Origin: Ostreococcus lucimarinus | Lineage: Eukaryota | DNA: 64,000 nt | Direction: 5' to 3' (one strand) | Assembly: GCA_000092065.1 (NCBI GenBank) | Contig: CP000594.1 | Shown here: piece by piece, positions 26,401-35,400 of the stretch | Numbering within the stretch: position 1 is the first letter of the stretch | How the letters are laid out: every line of letters begins with the position of its first letter | Made by a program: the position numbers and the translations under genes | The notes under the pieces: model-generated | Told to the model about the DNA's origin: nothing | Databases searched by the model: none | Seen by the model: the letters and a program-made list of their open reading frames with translations, nothing else

Positions 26401-29400
26401 GCACCGGTTTGACGTGAAGATCCAGAAGGGTCCCGAATCGACTCTTCACATCACGCGCACCGTGGAAATTACTCTTTGATCGGTTCACCATGGCGTACAA
26501 AGGCCGAAGCGCATCTGTTGGCTCGACAAGTCGAGTTTCACATTCACCCCATGCCGCGCGAATCAAATCTTCGTACACATACGTCACATCCGATGTGTTG
26601 AACCATTGGCGTTTGCAATTATGATTCAGCGTGTGCAGCATCCATTTTCGCGCTTCGATATCGCAGAACGGCCGAGTAACTTGAATGACATCCTCCATGA
26701 GAATTTTGTGTATCTCTGGGTCCTCTTTGCATTTTAATGTCATAGATACTGAGCGTATCATCTTGTAGAATGTGCTCGGGTAATACATCGCGTGTGGGCG
26801 AAATACGGCGTACACACGCTTGATGAGGGTTTGATTCGTGATTGACGCCACGTCGATGTGGTTAATGAGCGTCTCCCAAGCCTCGATGTTGTGTGGATTC
26901 GATTCTAACGCTGAGAGTAAAATCGCACCGACGCGATCGACAACTTGAGCGCCAGCATCCATGTACACGTTCTGGAACAAAAGCATCGCCAAGCGCGTCT
27001 CAACGTACGAATCCAACCCTTTGCTTACCGCTCTTGAAAGTGCACGGACATGGTCGACGGAAACGATGGCATTCTTCTTCACACCTGGCGCGTTACGATG
27101 TTCCAAAATACTCAACGTCGTTCTCGCAAACGTCGAGTTGGTGGGCCAATGCAGTGGTACCGTACGCCACAAGCGCGAGAGTTCATCAAATTTAAAGCTA
27201 ATACCTCCAGGAATGGCTCCCCTCTTTTTGGAAACTTTCGTCGGGATCCCGAGACATGTTTGCATACCGATGGACAGATAAGCGATCATCGCGGCGTCAC
27301 CGCCGTCTTGAGCGATCCGTGGAAGAGAATTCGGGTGCCAGTTTGACGCCTTGCATAGAGTTTCCGCGCGTTCGGTGACGTTTGCGTGATTCAACCTCAA
27401 CCAAGTTGTATTGAGATTCCTTCTGCTGGCAATGTGCATGCATTCACTCGTTGGAAAGTGCGCACCAGCGTGCATGGCTACGACTGGCCACGGAATTCGA
27501 CCAAAATTCATCGCTCCGTTGACGTTTGCATTCAACGTGCTGTGCATGTAGTGAATTGCCTGGAGCGGACTCGGATTCAATTCTCGACTTCCTGGCATGG
27601 CCAATGTCCCATTTATGAGCTTCTTCCTGATTTCACAGACATCGCCGACTTCTTCATCCCGAGACTGATCCAAAAGCGTTGAAGTAGAGTCTGCGATGAA
27701 ATTCATATGACGATAATTGAAAGCTGTCGCAAGGATAGCATCGGATATGTTCGCGGCATCACCTCTAAAATAATTTGCCAAATATCGCACGTGATCCAAC
27801 GCTTTCATGTGCGTCGGCATCGTTAGACTATAAAGTGCTTTTCGAAACGAAACGCCTTGGCTTAACTTGGTGTGTTCTATCCATTCCCAAATAGGGTCGC
27901 TCTGCGGTATTCTCGTCAGCCGCTTGCTGAGACGCTCGTTGGATTCGAGAACTTGTTTTGAAAGCGCCTCACTCCAAGCACCCTTTGCATTTTGAACAGC
28001 AATCAAGAGCTCGTCTTGTGGAAACGCTGTGAGGAAACCACGACGCATAAATGTGTGCTCAGCAGAAATGTCCGAACGTGATAGAGAGGACAAATCAAAT
28101 TGAAGATGATGAATGAGCCGACACGTACCCGCGGCCGCAAACCCAATGAAGACGAATCCTGGGCACTTGGGCGTGTTCATACACAGAGAAGAGCACACAT
28201 CGACGGACACAGACACCGGCGACACTGGATAACTCGTCATCGTCATTTGCGGGAGGAGAACAAAATGAGTTGCAGCCGCTCGTCGCGCTGTGGTGTTCCA
28301 TGCGTGCGGTAAATCCATGATCGGTGTTGACCCTGAGACGCTGATTCTCGGCCGCGAGCCTTTAAACAGATTTGAGGAGCACCCTGTCTGTTGTTCCGAG
28401 GGTTTTGTCACGGGGTCGCAGACGACATCGCAATGCGCGTCTTCGTCATCCCTTCGAACACACTCTACGTCACGAATACGGATGCCGTTGATGCACGCGC
28501 CCCACGTAGTTTTCACGCGCCAGGACGCGCCTACACATCTGGGAATCTGAACATCGCAAGCGCCAGTTTCACCGCGTGTCCAACCATTCAAGCAGGTACA
28601 CTTGTAGTCGTAAGTCCAAGGTTTCGTGTCGTGATAATGTTTCTCACATGCGCCATTCGCGCACGACGTTGCGCCTCTTCTGGTTAAAGAGCAAGCTTGA
28701 GGAGGACACTCTTCACGCGTGTTGCAACTCCGAATACTTTCTGGCCTCGCGAGGGGACATAGAGCGCTTCTGGCGAGAGTCCCATTGGCATACGTACACG
28801 ATAACGATCTGACTTGAAAGGGCCGAGCGTCGTAGTCCAAAGTAGCACACTGTGCGCTGCACTCGCCATATGGCATACTGATCCAGTCAGCGTCGTCTCG
28901 TGGAGGCGGCGCGTAACATTCACGTTCGCGAAAATCTGTCATGATTACCCCGTCAGGTCGAGGGACAAAGCAACATCCATGATCTTCGCATACCAAAGCA
29001 CGAACTTCAGGGCTCGTGGAGCCCCGTCGATCATCGCTCTCGTAGCCAGCACACACCATTCTTCCGGAGTCTTGTCTACACTGCGCATCGCAATGGAAAT
29101 GATTACAGAATTCCTTTTCAGTAGGCTTTTCTGCGTGCGTACAGTGATCATCGGGCAGCGTTATATTTGTGCCTCTTTCGTCTTCGTGCGAGCACCAGAC
29201 CCTACGAATGCGCACTCCACCACCACACGATTTGGAACAAGAGGTAAAAGGGGAGGATTTCCAACGCACGAATTTGAGCTTTGTGAAGAAGCTTGACTGG
29301 ACGGAACTCACCACGAATTCGCGTAGGCCGTCGATCGTGACTGGGTGTTCGTACTCGACATTCGTGTACAACGTTGATCCAGATTCGCTCTCAATCGGCT

Positions 29401-32400
29401 TTGGTAAATCACTTCGTGAACGCACACCGTGAGGTTGTTCGGCGTCACCGCACGCAGATGACCATAAAGTACACTGTCCACTCGGCGAATATTCAGCCGC
29501 CGTGCACGAATTCTCTAGCGCGCATAGCGAAACGCATTCACTTGAAGAATTTGCATCTCGTGTCGCACCATTTCCAGTACAACGCTTCTTCAAGCATGAA
29601 CGAGAGAAAGTGCCATCCCGAACTAGGTCCGGCTCGGTAAATTCAATGGTCGCACACAATGGTATCACTTCACTAGGATTTTCCATCGGCGATCCGGACT
29701 TTTTAACTTGTCTTGTACCCCAAGTACCGTAGATTGGTGGGAGTGTGGGTATGACGTTATCCATCGCGCTCCAAAAGAAGCCAATCGCCACGCTATCAGC
29801 GTCGCACGCAAGATGATCGATATCGGAACTTTCCGGTATATCGTGCTCGGTGTAGTCCTTGACGCTGAATCCTGCCGGCACCCCGCATCGAGGCATGACA
29901 CCTGTAGTGTTTTCCGAAGATCCAAGAATGCCGGCAATACCGGTGAGGACTTGGCCGGGTGGACATAAAATACGAATCATACTTTCACCTCGATTGCGAT
30001 AGGCAGCGTTAACACTACGAGGTTTCCATCCATCGGTGTTGTAAATCTTGTTGCCTTGAGCGCTACCGCTTAAAACCTCTCCGGTAGTGGGATCAGTATA
30101 TCCATAGCCTGAAGTGAGGCTCAACGGGTGCGCCAACATACGCGATGTCATACCATGAATCTCCCCATTGAATCCAGGCCAATGTTGGAACTCTGTGTAT
30201 CTTTCGCTTGAAACGCACAAAGAGCTGCGAAGACGAAGTCGACACGTGCGGCGTAAGTGCTCAGAGCCAACGTTTAGGAATGGCACACCACTGGAAGTGC
30301 GATAACTTCCTCCAAAACGATTAACTCCATTGTCACCGAATGTGTTGGCCTTGGCCTGAAAAGCCATCCACAGCGAGTTGTCGCACGCAATCGCGTCCAC
30401 GGGCGCGTGCCAATCATCGGTGAGCATTTGAACTTCGCCACCCCTAAATCGTGTGTTATGCGATGCCTTCTCGCGTCCAAAAGGTCTGGTCCATTGCTCC
30501 TTGACTATAGCTTCGCATTCGCAGTAACCCCATCGGGAAAGCTTTTTGTTTGTGAAACAAGCTAGACGCGTACGATTTGGATCAATGTCTATAGAACACT
30601 GCGGATTAATCACGTCAGCGTTGCGTGGGTCTCTACTGAACATGACGTTACACGGAGCGCCATTCGCGTTTCCACCACAGGTTCGTCTCGGTTTCGCTTG
30701 ATACAGTCCCCCCTTAATTTTAGTGACGCTTCGAGGGGCGGCGCACTTTTGCGATTCGTCAAGCGATCCAGGAACATCATCTGATTCTGTGATGACAACC
30801 GAGACGTTTGCAAGTCGACCTCGGTTTTCTTCAGACGCGTACGGATATACAATAACTTTGGAAATGTCGACAACCCGACCAAGATCAATCATGAGGAAGT
30901 TTTGAGGGGTGTCCATCCGCATCGTGCTATAACGTTGCCATGTGCTATAACGTTGCCATGATATAGCACGATCGCTATATCCCGGTGATTTCTCCCCGTC
31001 GATGAGTGCAGGCCAATTTCCGGTTGCAGGCCAATTTCCGGTTCCGGTTGCGCTGATGGCAACATTCTCACCATTTTTGTCAATGATTTCCAATTCAGCA
31101 ATGTAGTAGCGGTACTCTCTACAACAAGAATTCCTCCAAGAGCTGCAGCAACTGTACGCGTACGTTTGATGATCTCCAGGTTTGACGTGCTTCCGCACGA
31201 TGACGTATCGTCCCCGTCCCCCCGCCACGGTGTAGTTGTCGTGAACGCCACTCAACTCACGAGTAACGCAGGGGGCATGAGTACGCATGTTCTCTTTGAC
31301 GCAGGAATCAAGCCCACTACGCCGTGGTATTTTTTCACTTGTTGAGCCGATGAACACGCCCCCCGTGGGAGGCGAGAAAGAGCCAGTTCGCTGGGCGGGA
31401 AGAAAATCGAATATTTGACCGTCTCCAGAATGCACGCTGTAATGACGGTCTTCGACGCCATCAATATGATCAGTTCGATCACCTTCAGCACGAAGGTATT
31501 CCAAATTGGAATTCCGCACGTATCGGCGCTGAGCCATTCCGTATGGTTTCCGACCAAACACGTGCATTGACATGAAGAAGTTCCGTAAACGTCTAAAGGA
31601 GACAGCAGAGACGTTGAAGAAATGAGCTCGGAATCCAGCCAGGCCCTCTGGAAGCTCTTGATCAAATCCAGCGGGAATTTGAATAACTCTGCGAGACGCA
31701 TACGTTTCATTTACCGAAGGATACCAATCCCAGTCTTCTCTTCGTGCAATTGTATCGAAATAAAATTCGTGCAAGGCTGATGGTACCTTGTGCAGAACGT
31801 AATTTTCACCACGTAGTCGACAGAACCGTTGAATAAGTCCGCGTTCGTCGACGCTGTCGGCGTGTACGAATTCGCCCTTGAGCCAAGAGTGAGGCATATG
31901 CGTTCTCAACTGCGACCCGTCGTGATTCATCTCATCGAGAGAAAGCGCGCTCGGACCGTAATCAAATCCGACGCACAGCGCATTCGCCTTGCAGCGTTGC
32001 GCGCAGAATTCCTTGAAGACCCCATGTTGACGCGAAACACTCGTCTTCGAGAGCGCAAAAGCCGGGTAGTGCGGAAGAACATCCGACATTGTGTATCGTT
32101 CCAACAAGTCTCCGCCAAAACCAATCACCCCGCTGGTGATTCGTCTATCCTTGATCACACCAGTCGCGTCCGGGCGCGTGACGCTCGTCTTGTAGATTTG
32201 AGTTTTCTCCGGAATCGACCCTGTCGTATAGCCCTGAAACCACGTCATGTCGCGAAGATCGATTTCGAAGATACCGAGATCGTGCCAGTTCGCAGCCTTC
32301 GAACACCGACTTGAGTCAGAGGCGTCGCATAAGCAAACGTGACCCCGGCGATCAACAAACGAGTCGCTCTTTTGGGCGCTCATATCCAACTCGAGATCGC

Positions 32401-35400
32401 GCCATTCCAAAAACGGGCGCATGGACGTCTCAATCTTTTGGTCGCGGGAATACAACTCTCCCGACAACAAGCCCGCACAAGTGGATTGGTTTACAGACTG
32501 GACTGAATCGACAGCACCGGGAAAGCACTGGCTCAAGGGATATCGACGTCGTTCAAATGTATCCGGCAAACCTTTGTCTCGTAGTCTTTGGAGAGCCTTT
32601 TTGTCGTACCTGTATGGTGCACGCATGCTGTACGACAAGTCCTCTTCGACGGGTCGGCCGACCGGCCGGACAATGTGATCACTTTGCCGAGCGAGCGTAG
32701 TCTCGGCCCAAATGGTGGTAGTATCGTCCCACGCGCCCATACATCCGACGTTGTCGCCCGCAAGCAGTCGTATCCATGCCTTGCGAGGTATTATGGACGT
32801 CCCACCTTCAACAAAGATCATATTCGTACGCTGACCAGAGAGCAGCCGCTTCGGCCCAAATCGTATCTGCTGCTCATCATATTTGGGAATACAAACGCTA
32901 GCCTTGTCGTCAAAACCATACTTGGCGCCGATCCGACGCGCGCATTGCAATCCGTAAGCGCACTGGTCGTCGCTCATGCAATGTCCTTCGTACGCCTGGC
33001 ATACCTCTCCACCTCCGAGACCTCCACAGTAGTCGTAGTCACCATTCGTGAGATTGAATCGAGCGTTGTAAGCTTCCTTGTTTTCAAAGTAGCCATCAGA
33101 GCCCGAAAAATCGGCGCAACACGCGTACGGGTGAATTTCACTCTCCAGCGCGCACTGCTTTCCAGGAAGTCCCCCTCGAGAAGCGACGAAATATCCTCTG
33201 TCTGTAGCGTTTCCACACGTTTCGTTTGTCCAATAATACTTGCCGACGATATTTGGATCTCCATAACGTCTGGGGTTGCCTCCCCATTGCGTTCGTACGT
33301 AGCTGAGATCACATGTGTCACCGAATGCAAACCCACCGACGACGCCGCTAAGAAGTTCGTTCGCTGAACACAGACGCGTGCCAGCCTGCGCACACTGTCG
33401 CATGGCAAAATGACGCGAGCCAATGCTCTTGCCGCTCACGCCAGGCAAATTTCCTCTCGCGACGTGTTCCATATCACTCAATGCCTTTTTACACTGCTCC
33501 GATTTCTTTGCGCTCGCATCTCGATCAAAGCATGCGGAAGTGTCCGGAGCCACGGCTCTGAAGCCAGGCGCGCCGCACGTGTCAGAGCCTTGCCTCAGCG
33601 CAAAATAGTTTTTGAAAGTGAATCCGTCGGGCTGCATTCCGCCTTCAAGCTTTTCACAGTTCCGTGTCACGTTACACTCATTGTAGCATATTTGCTCAAT
33701 CTCGGGTGGCCCATGACCAACCAATAAACCAATCCAACCGCTGGTATAGCGGCTAGAGTTTTTCGTCAAACTTGCCTTATCGTACGCAATAAGCCCTTGA
33801 GGATCATATGAATGCCAGTCCAAGTCGTATCGCTTCTCGCAGTAGTGAAGTGGCACCTCGCGCACGCAAGGATTTATCATATCACCAGCCGCAAAACACT
33901 TTACCTCCCGACGACGCGACACTGAGCATGTTTCAAAATCGGACGTCCAGTTCCGTGCGAGGCATGGCGACCATTCACCGATAGAGTAAAAATGATTATG
34001 TTGAAACACAATTCTGACAGTGTCATCGTCACCCGTTTTCAGCCTCAGGCCGTAATGCCATCCTTTCATTTGTGCATCCGCAGCGCCATTCACCATCACA
34101 GAAAGATCGCCCTCCAAATCACCAACGCCGTACTTTTTCTGAGTTTTAAAGTCGGTGAAACTCGCCACACAAATGGACTCTCGCCTATTGAAGTTAAACG
34201 AGTTGCAAGCCATGTTGCGAGTTGGACCTTTTTTTAGCGAATCACAGAGCGCAATACACTCTGCCATAGTGAAGGCGGCGCTGCTCTCGATCGCAATGGC
34301 TGGTACGTACTTTTCCGGGTACAAGCGATAATTGTCCTTCATTTTGTTGTCAAATCGACTGCACGCTCCTCGATTACTTCCGAGCATCGCGGATCCAACA
34401 GTATGCGTACAGGGTCCAAGTTTCGTGTCACCTCTGCAGCATGAGCGACCACACTGTGTGACTACGTTGGTCTTCGTGCGAGGCGCCATAGTCCCAGTGA
34501 TTGTATTTCTTCTCTCAGGGCACTGTAAACGGTTCCATTCCAAGTGTATCGAAAGTCTTCCGCCGACGATGGGGTCAATACATCCAGTGTCATCAATCTC
34601 GTTGCCATGATAACACTCGTGACCGGTCAGATTCTTGGCGAAATCAAAGCAGCACCCGTAATCATGGCACGCGCGCGCGCGAGAATCAATGGACATGAAC
34701 TCACTTCGAACGTCGCCGTAGTACGCCGTACACTTGAAACGATCTTCCATTTTAAGCGCACAATCAGCTTTACAAGAGTGGGTGTTACACTCTCGAGAAG
34801 TCTGTGGTAAAACACCACAGATGTGATCTTGGAGCTGCTCGCCGGATGTGGTGTTGACGCAAATCGCGCTCCGCGTTTGTCCACCTCGCTCGCACTTTCG
34901 CGAACAGTTACTCCATTCGCTAATTTCCCATCGGAATCCAAGTGGGTCTTCACCGTAACAATCAGCGTAGCCCCACAAGCCAGGCTTGGAGGTGTAGCAC
35001 CAAGGTCTCGTGGAAGGCTCGGCCGGCGCACGACCCACAAGGGTTGGTTCAAAGAATTCAACGACTGTCTGCCTTTGACGCGCGTTATAGTCGGTGGTAA
35101 AGGGAAAGACGCACGGCGCGCCACCAGCTGTACCTTCACACGTCGGTATCGCTCTTGAATGCACGACAAAATCTGCATCATTGAGCATCGAAGAGCCATC
35201 GGTGACGCTCTTGAGCAACATCGCGCTCGTCGTCGACACATCAAACGGACGCGTTGTCGAAAGTCCAAGCGTGTCGTGCTTTTTGTACATCCGCGCGGCA
35301 CAGTCCGTCGTGTTTATGCACGTATAATACCCTTGGCATTGGGAATCGCTTGCACAAAGCGTTCGTAGCCCAGTCTCTGATTTCCCGTTCACCGCGCGCC

